Origin: Mobula hypostoma
Lineage: Eukaryota
NCBI RefSeq assembly: GCF_963921235.1
Contig: NC_086123.1
Span: 9,238,001-9,302,000, forward strand
Direction of reading: 5' to 3'
Length of the DNA: 64,000 nt
Below the pieces are notes generated by a model that worked only from the letters and a program-made list of their open reading frames with translations, searched no databases and was not told the DNA's origin. Shown here in pieces: positions 13,265 to 24,879 of this stretch. The translations under genes were made by a program, and so were the position numbers. Position 1 is the first letter of the stretch, and each line of letters opens with the position of its first letter.

Positions 13265-14058
13265 CCTGAAACATGTCTGTTTGCCAAAGTTTGATTCAGA
13301 AGTCGAGCTGCTGATAGGCACTAATGTGCCTAAGGTATTGAAGTCATTGCAAGTGATTCGCAGTGTTAATGATGCAATTGGAACAATGTTGGTTGGACTG
13401 TGAATGAACTTCTGAAAGGAGTCAATGGTGATGAAAGAGAATGTGCGTAGCCAGAGCTGACGGTTAACAGGATCTGAGTTTTGAACTTGGATGAGCTTTG
13501 GCAGTAGCAGTTTAAAGCAAACTTCCCTAAATACAGTCAGGATGAACAACCCGGTTTGTCAAGAGAAGAGCATGAGTTCATGGAGCTGGTTGCAAATTTT
13601 CAAAACTAGTGGATGGCCACTACCAGATTAGTTTTTCTTTGAGAAAGGAGATTGACATGCCAAATAATAGGAAGATGACAGAACAGCGTGCTCTAAATCT
13701 AAGGAAGAGGTTTAACAGGGATTTGTCATTTCACACTGACTACACAACTTTCACGAAGGACATCATCTCCAAAGGTTCTGCCGAAAGCGTGCGTGCGGAG
13801 GGTCTGGTATGCAGTGATGGGAAAGTTTGGTATATTCTACACCATGCTGCACACCTGTTTATCACCCCAGAAAAAGGAAACTCCATTTTGTGTTTGACTG
13901 CTGAGCGATTTTTCAGGGAACATCACTAATGCTGAGATCTTACTAGCTCACTGATTGGAGTAATGACCAGATTCGGAAAGGAACCGGTGGTGATCGTGGC
14001 AGAACGTGAGTCAATGTTTCATCAGGTTAAAGTACCAGCGGAAGGTGCAGCTGACAAT

Positions 14059-14677
14059 ACGGTGTCAGTTACAGAGATGTTTGATGTGACCTGGGAGGAA
14101 ATATGTGACAGACAAGTTGAGAAAAGTGAGATGAGAACAATAGAATAGTAAACAGATTATTGATGTTAGTGAATAGTCGATCAACGATTATGCTTCAAAA
14201 CTTGTGGATGACATTTGAGTCATGAACAAGTGATGATTGCTGTCCTTGACTACATTCGTAACAATTTGGCATTGCAATGTCTGCATGAACTCCACAAGCA
14301 ATTTCAGGCAGCCACTGGGGTGAAGTGATAGACCGGCACATGATTTGAATCACTTGAAAGGTTTGATAATGCCAACAAGATGTACAATGTAATACTGCAA
14401 GATGATCCAACAAACACAGCAACATGGAAACCGCTGAAGCCATCTGGGAAGTGAATGACTATCTGGAACAGTTTGTTGGAGATCAAGAGGCATGGCACGG
14501 ACTAACAGAGCTTTATTTCAATGAGCACAATTATGAAAAAAGCTGCATTTTTCTTGGAAGAATTTATGATGACCAACGCTCAGAGTCAATTTTACTGTCA
14601 GCATTGCACAGAGGTGAAATACACTCAAGGTGAATTTGAAAACCTGGAAGTCTCTTGAAAGTACTTTTCCCAAGCAC
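14059..14677 (+). pseudogene. EMC2: Processed (intronless) EMC2/TTC35 pseudogene fragment captured in the BEL element
   Basis: Frameshifted reading VTEMFDVTWEE...INDYASKL.DDI...EQVMIA.LDY...LQDDPTNTA...[21 protein letters not shown]...[25 protein letters not shown] follows EMC2 from the N-terminus for about three quarters of its length; start codon position reads ACG; stops and frameshifts. Confidence 0.9.
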
Positions 14678-15659
14678 ACTGGGTTCTGAGTACAAGAAGT
14701 ACCCAAGGGCACTATCTAGCCTGGGGAAGAGGGGTGCCATTCCACTTTTAGAATCAACAAGACCATAATGCCACATGAACCCCAGGAGACATTATGCTTA
14801 TATTTGATAACACAGTGCTTCATAAATTATGGATCTCAGGAAGAGTGATTCAAACCTTTCCAGACAGAAGAGGATTTGTGCAGCAGGTGTGCATCAAGAT
14901 CAAGATCGGCTGTCTGGACAGGCCTATAACCAAGATCTTGTCTTCTACGGGAGGCAGAGATTTGAGTAGCTATAGCTACAGGTGTAGAAGCTTCACTTAC
15001 TTTGGTTGTTTGACTTCATGACATTGACTTGACTTACTGAATTGACAGAGGGTGGTGGTAAAGATCACTCTGTACTGGGCTAAGTACTAGAAACCTCTGG
15101 TCTAGATGACTGTTTAAAGAAGAAAGAAGATATTAGCATGAATATTAAAATGTGTTGATAATATGTAAATGTTTATCCTTAAAGATTTCATGTCTCCTAA
15201 TTTGTAATACGTAGCTGTAATTATTATAGTGTTTTAATAATTAGGGGTTGGGATGTAGAAACCATATATCTATTTATTGTCTGTATGCTGTGCATCCTCA
15301 CTCTGTGTTAAGGTAATTTGTCACTTGGGTTTGGGAGGCGGTTAGCGGGCAGTATGCAGCATTTGGTGGGGACTAAAGTAAACAAATAGTCACCTGTTCA
15401 CTTTTGCAGCATATAAAGGGGGAGGGGGAGAGCATATTTTTCTGCTTGTCTTTGTTTGAATTTGATACAATTACGCTCATTTTGTTTTACGTGAGTTACG
15501 GAAGAGTGGAATGATTTTATTGTTGGTTTGTAATAAAGGAATAAATGTACTTTTTCAACTTGGAATTCAGTTAGTTGGAAGCACGTCGTAGAGTGTGATA
15601 CTCCCTTACTTAGCCTCTCAGCAATTTTTAGTTTGTTTTCAAGTAGTCATTAGTCATGT

Positions 15660-15960
15660 CGAAGTTTAAAATAAAGTTTATCAGAGTACATACATGTCAC
15701 CACATACAACCCTGAGATTCCTTTTCTGCAGGCATACTTAGAAAATCTATAGAACATTAACTGTAAACTGTAAACAAGCTGTGCAAATGCAAATATAACT
15801 AAATAGTAATAAATAATGAGCATGAAATAATATAACAGAGTCTTTAAATGAGTGTAGCTATCCCCTTTTGTTCAAGAGCTTGATGGCTGAGGGGTTGTAA
15901 CTGTTCTTGAACCTGGTGGTGCGAATTCCAAGGCGCTTGTACCAAGAGCATGGCCTGATG
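15660..15960 (-). mobile_element. Rex1/Babar-like LINE 3' fragment
   Basis: TTRFKNSY.PS motif on - strand; homologous to 21815-22100. Confidence 0.6.
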
Positions 15961-16477
15961 AGAAAAGACCGTCACCTCACTCAAGTCTCTGTATATTTCT
16001 ACTTAACAAATATTTAGTTGGTGTTATAACATCAAAATCCATTTGTACCTTTTTGAAATAGCAATCTTTGGTTGAGCATTTCAAAGGTTAAAATGCAGGC
16101 GGAAACCACGAGATATTGGGGCATATAACAAAATATTGGTGGAGAGAGGTGGGTTTTAAGCAGCATGTGGACACTTTCCTGAATTGGACTGCAGCCGTGG
16201 ACTGCAAACTGTGTTTTATAGCTTGTGTCACCTTCTGAAAGTTGGAAGATGTAAAGAGTTAAGGATGATAGTTTCAGGCATTGTTGCCCATATCAGATTT
16301 GAATCATGGCTACAGCAAGTGACATTTGGTTATGTGAAGAGGAGGCACCTCGATCAGTGCACCCTAATTAAGTTAGAATAAAAATGGACTTCCGTGATAG
16401 TCCATTGTGAGTATGACCTGTGCCCCCAACTTCCTTTCCTCTTTTTCCAACTTCTGCTTTTCCTTCCTCCCCTTGAT

Positions 16478-17636
16478 ATAAGACATAGAAGCAATATTAG
16501 GCCATTTGGTCCATTCAATCAGCTCTACCATTCCTTTATGGCTGATTAATATCTCTCTCATTCCCATTTTGCTATTTTTCTGTACTTTTGACACCCTTGA
16601 TAATTAAGAACCTATCAACCTCCATTTTAAATATACCCAAAGACTTGGCCATCATGGCTGTCTGTGGCAACGAATTCCACAGATTCGCCACCCTCTGGCT
16701 AAAGAAGTTCCTCCTCAACTCTGTTCTAAAGAGACATCCTTCTATTCTGAGGCTGTGCCTCGGGTCCCGGACTCCCCCACTATAGGTAACATCCTCTCCA
16801 CATCCACTCTATCTAGGTCATTCAGTATTCGATAGGTTTCAATGAGATCCCACTGCTGCACTGTTCTTCTAAACTCCAGCGAGACAGGACCAGGGCCATC
16901 AAACACTCTTCATGCATTAACCCTCTCATTCCTGGGATCATTCTTGTGAGCCTTCTCTGGACTCTCTCCAATGTTAGCACAACCTTTTTGAGATAAGGGG
17001 CCCAAAACTGCTCACAAGACTTCCAAGTGTAGTCTGACCAATGCCTTGTAATGCTGATGCTTTATATGCTTGCTCTTATATTCTAGCCCTATTGAAATGA
17101 GTGCTAACATTGTGTTTGCCATCCTTACCATTGACTCAGTCTGCAAGTTAACCGTTAGGGAATCTTGCATGAGCACTCCCAAGTCGTTTTTCACCTTGGA
17201 TTTTTTGAATTTTCTGGTCACTTAGAAAATAGTCTACGTGTTTGTTCCTTCCACCAAAGTACACTTCCTTATACTATATTTTATCTGCCACTTCTTTGTC
17301 CATTCCCAAATCTAAGTCCTTCCTTCCTCAACATTACCTGCCCTCCACCTATCTTCATATCGTCCACAAACTTGGCCACAAACCTGTCAGTTCCATCATC
17401 TGAATCATTGACATACAGTGTAACATAAAGAGAAGCAGTCCCAATGCTGACCCCTGCCGAACACCACTGGCATTCAACAGCCAACCAGAAAAGACTCCTT
17501 TATTTTCACTCTTTGCCTCCTGCCAGTCAGGCATCATCTATCCACTGCAAGTATCTTCCTTGTAGTACTGTGGGCTCTAATTTTGTTTAGCAACCTCATG
17601 TACTACACCTTGTCAAAAGCCTTCTGAAAATCCAAG
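16478..17636 (-). mobile_element. CR1-type LINE fragment
   Basis: VAKFVDDMKIGG, DLGVLMQDSL, YKALVRLHLE motifs. Confidence 0.85.
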
Positions 17637-19493
17637 ATAGGTCATTGTAGAAGTACTGCCACAGCCAGGGGCCACAGTAAAACCATTTAGAAGGCAGACA
17701 AAAGCAGTGGACTCCCCTTCCAGAGTAACTTGAAGGATGTCATTCTATGTATAAAAATCAGATCTGACATTCTCTGGTGTTGCACCAATAACATAAATGT
17801 AATACTGTAAAATGCAAAACGCTGCTTTAATTATGATATAACCATAGTATAAACCACTTAAATTATTGTTGATTATACGAAGGATGCAATATGAATTATT
17901 TCATTCTTTATATCTTGTGTTTTAGCTGGGTGTTTCATGTTGCTATAGCTAAGAAAAGATGTTTGGAGAAATCTCATGGTTGCATTTAGTAATCAGTATA
18001 CTTTGATAGCTTGTTACAGCTGTGTTCCGTCAAATACTTAGCAGAAACCAGTTCCTAAATCCAACACCATCTGCTGGGTGATGCTGGATGTTTTCAGGCT
18101 TCTGTCTCCCTGGAGACCATTGCTGTTTCCATAACAACAAGATGTTCTGTTGTAGGAGGAACCACTAGGTGCTTTTGAGAGTATGGTTTACCAAATTACA
18201 AAAATATGCCTGATATTTGGTTTATCTTTAGTACATTTTGATTTGATCATATTGCCTGTGTCAATTTACTAAATTAGCTGTTCGTTCCAAGAATATGCTA
18301 CCTTTTACCTCATGCGGTTGAGTTATGGGTTAGCTTGAGTATATTGTTGATTGCAAAGTTTCTAAATTTGAACACTTCAAAACAATCGTAGCTTAACAAT
18401 TTATTTCTTATGTGCATTAAGATCTTGTTTTTATAAACTTTAAAATAAAATTGGCAATACCTTATTTTGTCACTATTGTTACTTGTCTCTCATCACAGTT
18501 AATGTTCCAAATATTTCATTTTGTTTTTCTCCTTATTCCAAAATCAGTTGTCAGATTCTTTGTTCTCAGTGCCTGATGTCTTCCCTGGGATAATGGCCAG
18601 CCCCTCCATCTTCTGTGAAACTTTTTTGTAATCTTGCAACTTTGATCAACCATTTGATCTCTCTCCCAATATCTCCCCAGCTTTGTCAAGCATCCAGAGG
18701 TGTTTTTTTTTACTTTTGAAGAGTTGACACTGTTGCTTGGCAATTGCAGAATCAAACTATAAGTGCATTTACATAATTGTAATAAATATACCAGATTTCC
18801 CCTATTGTGTCTTCTATTTGTTTAAAATAAATATCCTCCGTGTATTTCTCACTGTGATAAACATTGTAAGTTTGCAAGCTAAAGAAAATAATCAACCATT
18901 TTGAATATCATAAAAAAGATTACAGATGGTGGAAACTGTCAGTCATTACCACGTTCAAACTGACTCTGGTCAGCTTTCCCAGATGCTTTCTAACTTCTTG
19001 TGAAATTCCATTGCTTTGTTTTATACCCAAGCAGTTTCTTTTGTATATCATTGATTTTTTTAAAAACTCAAGTCATGGGATGGGGAAGACCAGCATTTGT
19101 TTCCTCTGTAGGATAATTTCAGAGAGTTATGGGGCTTGTAGCCTAAAACCCATTAAGGAAAACTGATCTTCTCCAAAGGATACTCGGTTTGACATCTCAG
19201 ATATATTTCATGTCACAGTTTGTGAGATTAGCTTTTAATTCCAAATTTGTCCATTAAAGTTTCAAACTGCTATGGTTGAAACTCCTTTATTTTTTGGATC
19301 ATATTCTTCCAATTTAATATCTATGACATTGAACCCAAATGAGTACTCATGGATCATATCATACATCTTGCAATGGGATTTGCTCCATTAGTCCTCTGTG
19401 TTTTCTGTTTCATCCCACCACGTTGAAAATTCAGCTTTTTTTAAAATCGTGTACTTGGATGATTAACAGTATTATGATGCTCTTGTTTTTCAG

Positions 19494-19548
19494 TTGATTT
19501 GCCATCTTCAACTCGCATTCATCTATTGATCAGGATGGCAGATATTGA
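19494..19548 (+). CDS. RFC5: RFC5 penultimate coding exon (55 bp)
   Basis: tttcag|...|gtaagt; (V)DLPSSTRIHLLIRMADIE. Confidence 0.94.
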
Positions 19549-19834
19549 GTAAGTAACCTAAGTTTTTCCATTAACTTGACAATCCCATGAAATGGTATGA
19601 AAATATGTAGAATATATGCCTTAAGCATGATGGGGTTGAGTAAAGAAACAACTTCAGTCATTGATGGAGGGAGTCCATTCAGCCAGTGCTAATTTGTCAC
19701 CTTTCCCTCAAGGCACTGTAGTAGTTCTTCCTTTGTTATTTATCTCACTCCCCTTTGAATCTACCTCCACTACTACCCACTGTTCCTGATTCAACTATTT
19801 GAAGCAGTTTGATGACGATGTTAACCAACTTCTG

Positions 19835-20200
19835 GAGGCAATGGCGAAGGGAGGGGTTGATAGGAAGCTGCAAGCCATGACAACAATTAGCGAGGTGTCT
19901 CCTAGTGGAGGTTAGTTGTAGGGGATTTGTAGCCCGTTCTTTAGTTCGAGCCTTCAGCATTTTGGGCATGGAGGGAGAAAGGAAGAGGAGAGCCATCCAC
20001 AGTACCACCGATGCGGCAGAGAGGGCCTCAAGATGGCTGTGGCTCAAAAGAGGGGAGCCATGGAGTCATAAGTCTGGACACAAGCTGGGGTCTGATCAGC
20101 CCCGGCTGGGTCACCTGAAGGAGGTTGTATGATGTTGAAAGACCTGAAACACCCGATGATTCCAGGAGCATCACTGAAGATGTGTCCAGAAGCATCAATA
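19835..20200 (+). mobile_element. HERO-like (RLE endonuclease) non-LTR retrotransposon 3' end
   Basis: EVSCRGFVARSL...AAERASRWLWLKR C-terminal motif followed by a 3'UTR. Confidence 0.65.
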
Positions 20201-21039
20201 GATGTATCTACACAGCTGCTTTTTTAAAAAAAGTTTTTTCCTTCCTATTTGGAGCCTCAGCTTCTGAAATGGGAGAGTTAAAGCCAATAGTTGAATATTT
20301 TGAATAGCAATTGATGAACTTTAAGAATTTTATTCAGCAGTTTCCAGAAAGTTAGTTTCCTACTTTGAAAGTTTATTTATGATTATATAAAATATAAAAT
20401 TGCTTTCTTTTGTCGTCAACCAGATTATCTTTAGTCTTGACACCTTTTATGATAGAAATTTAGAGCTGTGTGGGAGTAAAGACAAAAAGGGGGGAAACTG
20501 GTAATCTGATAATTACTCAATCTCTGCTGTGACGTATACAAATTTAAGATAGCAGACACATAAAACATGGAAAAGGAAGATTGAGACTTAAAGATGATTA
20601 AAGCAAATATTAAGTACTGCACTTCCATAGTTTACAAAATTAACTCAATGTTTATTGAACTGTTGCAGAGGAAAAGGATGGTTAATTGGTTTAAACGCAT
20701 TGGAACTTTCAGAATAAGACCTGATTGTGTTCATGGATTTGAAAAGAATTTAGAGGAGAGATGTTGTTTCTGACAGGAAAATTTAGGATGGGATGGTCTC
20801 ATGAAGAAATTGCCTAATTATGACAATTGATCAGAAGCTTGTTAGAGGATTAAATCTTCCATTTTTCACTGTTGTGGAGAATTCCAATCTGATGAATTTT
20901 GGACGATCAGGAGAAATTAGTGGAGTAGGCTTGGAGGGTAGGCATGGTTTTCTGTTTGTTCTTGTAGACAAACGTAGAAATGGACAAGTTAAACAAATAA
21001 TACTCTCCCATTGGACTTCAGATGTGTCATCTTTATCAC

Positions 21040-21250
21040 TTTCCTCATCTTTATATTTCCCACCTTGGTGTTTTGGTACAATATGTTTGACGATTGCATC
21101 CTCCAATTCTTCATTTTCATTGTAACATTCAAGATGATTGTGGATGCTTTCAAATTCTTCGTAATTCCCAAATTGAGGTAGTGAAATCGTTTCATTTTCA
21201 TTCTTGCCCTCCCTGCTATTGAGTACATCTACAGGATCATTGTTACAAGA
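21040..21250 (-). mobile_element. Tigger-like transposase C-terminal remnant (tentative)
   Basis: Acidic stretch NYEEFESIHNHLECYNENEELEDAIVKHI resembles the pogo/Tigger C-terminus. Confidence 0.4.
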
Positions 21251-21673
21251 AAGCAGAATCCATCATCGTAGACCTCCCACCACTCGGGTCCTGCTCTCTT
21301 CTCACTACAGCCATCAGGAAGAAGGTACAGAAGCCTTAGGGGACTCACCACCAGGTTCAGAAACAGTTATTATTCCTCAACCATCAGGCTCTTGAACCAG
21401 AGAGGATAACTTCACTCAACTTCATTTGTCTAATCACAGAACTGTTCTCAACCTATGGACTCACTGTCAAGGATTCTTAATCTCATCTTCTTGATATTTA
21501 TTTTTTCTTTTGAATTACAGTTTGTTGTCTTTTGCACACTGGTTATCCACCTGCTTGGGTGCAGACTTTCATTGTTTCTATTATGGTTATTGGATTTATT
21601 GCGTATACCCGCAAGAAAATGAATCTCAGGGTTTTGTACAGACATATGTATTTGATAATAAATTTACCTTTAA
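21245..21673 (+). mobile_element. Rex1/Babar-like LINE 3' fragment
   Basis: PSGRRYRSL.TRFRNSYYSSTIRLLN; aataaa tail. Confidence 0.65.
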
Positions 21674-21814
21674 CTTTTCTGGCATCTCCAAGCCTGAATA
21701 CTTGAAACTGCAGTGAACAAAACTGTTCTGAAATTGTCTTAATGTTCTTTTCTTGCTACCTGTCAGTGATAAACTGTAGTGCCTGTAAAAGACTAACCCT
21801 TGTAGGCAGGCAAT

Positions 21815-22725
21815 TCTTCAAAGTAAAATATGTTATCAGAGGACAGACATGTCACCACATACAACCCTGAGGTTCTTTTTCCTGTGGGCATACTCAGCAA
21901 ATCCATAGAACAGTAACTGTAAGCGGGTTCAAAGAAAAACACTGAATATAAATAAATAGCAATAAATAAGGACTATGAAATAACAAGATGGAGTCCATAA
22001 AATTAGACCATCAGTTGTGGGAACACCAGATAAAGAACGAGTGTAGTTATCCCCTTTTGTTCAAGCGCCTGATTGTTGAGGGGTAGTAACTGTTTTTGAA
22101 CCTGGTGGTGCGGGTCCTGAGACACGTGTACCTTCTATCTGATGGCAGCAGTGAGAAACGAGCATGGCCTGGATAGTGAAGATCTTTGTTGATGGATGCT
22201 GCTTTTCTATGGCAACATTTCCTGTAGATGTGCTCAATGGTTGGGAGGGTCTTACCTGTGATGTACTGGGCCGAATCCACTACCTTTTGTAGGGTTTTCC
22301 ACTCGAAGCCATTGGGGTTGACATACCAGGCCGTAATACACCCAGTCAGCACACTTCCCACCACACACCTATAGAAATTTGCCAAGGTTTTTGATGATAT
22401 GCTGAATCTCCACAGATTTCTGAGGAAGTAGAGACACTGTTTTGTTCCTTTGCAATTATATTTATATGATGGGTTCAGGACAGGTCCTCTGAGAAGTGAC
22501 ACCCTCTCTGCCTCTGATGATTACTGGCTCCTGGACCTCTGGTTTTCCTCTCCTGCAGTCTACAGTCTGTTCCTTGAACTTATTGACATTAAGTGCGAGG
22601 TTGTTATTACTACACCACTCAGCCAAATTTTCTATCTCCTCCTTGTAGGCTGATTTATTACCACCTTTGATATGACCCACAATAGTGGTGTCATCAGCAA
22701 ACTTATATATGGTGTTGGAGCTGTA
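21815..22725 (-). mobile_element. Rex1/Babar-like LINE RT C-terminal fragment
   Basis: IYKFADDTTIVG...NNLALNVNK and CLYFLRNL...FYRCVVGSVLTGCITAWY...TTRFKNSYYPSTIR. Confidence 0.8.
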
Positions 22726-22809
22726 TATGCTTCCAAAACATGGTTCACCAACTTCTTGAATCAGGATCTGGCAGTCTAAATGAATACATAATACAAGCAC
22801 ACATATCTG

Positions 22810-23560
22810 AGCAACACACACAAACTGCTGGAGGAATGCAGCAGGTCAGGCAGCATCTATGGAAATGAATAAACAGTGGATGTTTTGAAAGGAAACCCTT
22901 CATCAGGACTGGAAAGGAGGGGCAAAGATGCTAGAGTCAGGTGGTGGTGGGAGGGGGAAGAACAAACTAGAAAATTTGAAACTATGTGAAAGTGGGTGGG
23001 GGAGGGAGGGAGAAGTAAGAAGCTGGGAGGTGATAGGTGAAAAAAGTAAAACCCTGGAGAAGGAGGAATCTTAGGAGAGGAGAGTGGACCATGAGAGAAA
23101 GGGAAGGAGGTGCACTGAGGGAGGTGATAGGGGGAGAGAAGAGGTCAGAGTGGGGAATTGATGAGGAGGTAAGGGAAAAATGATTACCAGATGTTGGAAA
23201 AATCTATGTTTCTGCCATGAGATTGGAGACTACCCAAATGATGATTTGCTCCTTAAACCTGAGATTGGCCTCATTGTGGCAGAATGTCAGAATGGGAATG
23301 GGGATAGGAATTAAAATAGTTGACCATCATAAATTCCATTTTTTGATGATGGAGCAGAGGTATTCAACAAAGCAGTCCTAAATCTATGCCAGAAGTGACC
23401 CCAACAGATTCTCAGGCAAAGTGTTGCCTCACCTGAAAGGACTGCCTGGGGCCCTGAAATAGAGGTGAATGGGCAGGTGTCGCATTTTTGCCACTTGCAG
23501 AGGGGTCAGGAGGAAGATTAGTGAGCAGGGATGAATGGACAAGGGAATCACAGCAGGAGC
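22810..23560 (-). mobile_element. Penelope-like element 3' fragment
   Basis: QGPRQSFQVRQHF (start of the GIY-YIG region) plus degenerate hammerhead end near 22875-22912. Confidence 0.75.
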
Positions 23561-23656
23561 ACTGTAATATACTATAATTTGACATCTTAAAAATAAAGAA
23601 ATAAAACTTCATATCTGATTCTGAACAATGCTGACTTTTTGCCTTTATTTTCACAG

Positions 23657-23753
23657 GTATAGGTTGGCATCAGGAACCAGTGAGAAAATCCAGTTAAGCT
23701 CGCTTATCGCTGCTTTTCAGGTTGCCCGTGATATGGTTGTAGCTGAAGCCTAG
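23657..23753 (+). CDS. RFC5: RFC5 terminal coding exon (97 bp to stop)
   Basis: tcacag| acceptor; YRLASGTSEKIQLSSLIAAFQVARDMVVAEA-TAG, matching the RFC5 C-terminus. Confidence 0.96.
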
Positions 23754-24735
23754 TGCCTTGTGAGAAACTACACTGATAAATTAAACATTGTTTAAAATTT
23801 TCATGTTTGGAAGTCAGCTTTGATCAGTATTTTGTCAAACACAAATTTCAAGGATTGATAGAGATACTAAAACAGAATTCAGCTGCACTTTCATGACAAA
23901 GGCTTTAATGTTGTAATAATGTTTGAAATCTCAAGTTTGAGATTTTCTCAGTCCATCTATAGTTTACAGCTGCCTTGCCATATTCCAACAAATACTAACA
24001 GGAAAGTGGGCACTAGTTCTGGGGAAATCCAAAACCCATCGTGCTTGAATAATTTAACACAAGTCATCACTTTTTTCCTGTAGTATTTTGTTTTGTGTTG
24101 GGCAAAAAAAAAGAGGTTAAAATGCCAAAAACATATATGAAGTGATCTGCAAATTTAACCACCATCACCAGCTTTGAGAATTTGTTTCAAAACAGATGTA
24201 CCGTGTCTTATTGGCCAATTTGGTACAATATAGTAACTGACAGAGAAAAAAATTAAGTTGCAAATTAAATTTTTACAAAGTGTACAAGCCTTGAAGTTTT
24301 TTAAACTGTTTCCCATCATATTAATAGTTTCCTGCTATGTTGACAGACATGTAGATACTGGCCAAAACAGAACAATGAAGTTCACAAAAATGCATTTAAT
24401 TTTGTCTGAGGCAGTGAGCAGCAATTCCTGTTGTATAGCATTTCCAAATATTTTCTGCACTTAGTGGACTTATTATAGAGTTAAAACTAAAATTCAAGCA
24501 GTACCTTATTGTGCAATCAAAATGTACTTTTTCTTAGAATAAGTAGTTGCAAAGCTAAGTTTTTTTTTGTGTTTATCCTCAATATAAGACCTCATGGTCC
24601 ATTTCAATGTTGTCCATGCTATGCTTGTGCTTATGCTTGTGTTCTGCTCAAACCTCCTCCCATCATCTAAATTTCAGTACATGCTTTTATTTCCCCTTCA
24701 TTTAGAGGGAGGCTGAATAATCAAATCTCTATACT

Positions 24736-24879
24736 AGCAACACACACAAAATACTGTAGGAACTCAGCAGGCCAGGCAGCATCCAGGGAGAAAAGTACAG
24801 TCGACATTTTGGGCTGAGACTCTTCGGCAGGACTGGGTGTTGCTTGGATTTCCAGCAGCAAAAGATACTCTCGGTTGAG
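24736..24879. mobile_element. Short Penelope-end insertion with inverted tail
   Basis: Perfect 11-bp TSD atctctatact at 24725-24735 and 24880-24890. Confidence 0.75.

Larger units (their letters stand above)
9012..15650 (+). mobile_element. BEL/Pao LTR retrotransposon, decayed, with both LTRs
   Basis: Diverged direct repeats 9012-9364 and 15254-~15650; purine-rich tract aggggttggga before TGTAG; gag/protease remnants; Pao RT N-part (GHYQISFSLR...DGKVWYILHH...SMFHQVKV); integrase C-terminal remnant (GRVIQTFPDRRGFV...LDRPITKI). Confidence 0.85.

Noticed and set aside
14059-14677. Functional EMC2 retrogene
   Set aside because: Start codon lost, several stops and frameshifts, internal deletion and 3' truncation.
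20070-20190. Hammerhead ribozyme in the HERO-like 3'UTR
   Set aside because: CTGAAGA and GAAAC words are in an order and pairing context that does not give a hammerhead topology.
20820-21125. Overlapping 91-101 aa ORFs as a novel small gene
   Set aside because: Partly a probable Tigger remnant, no convincing exon structure, located in an RFC5 intron.
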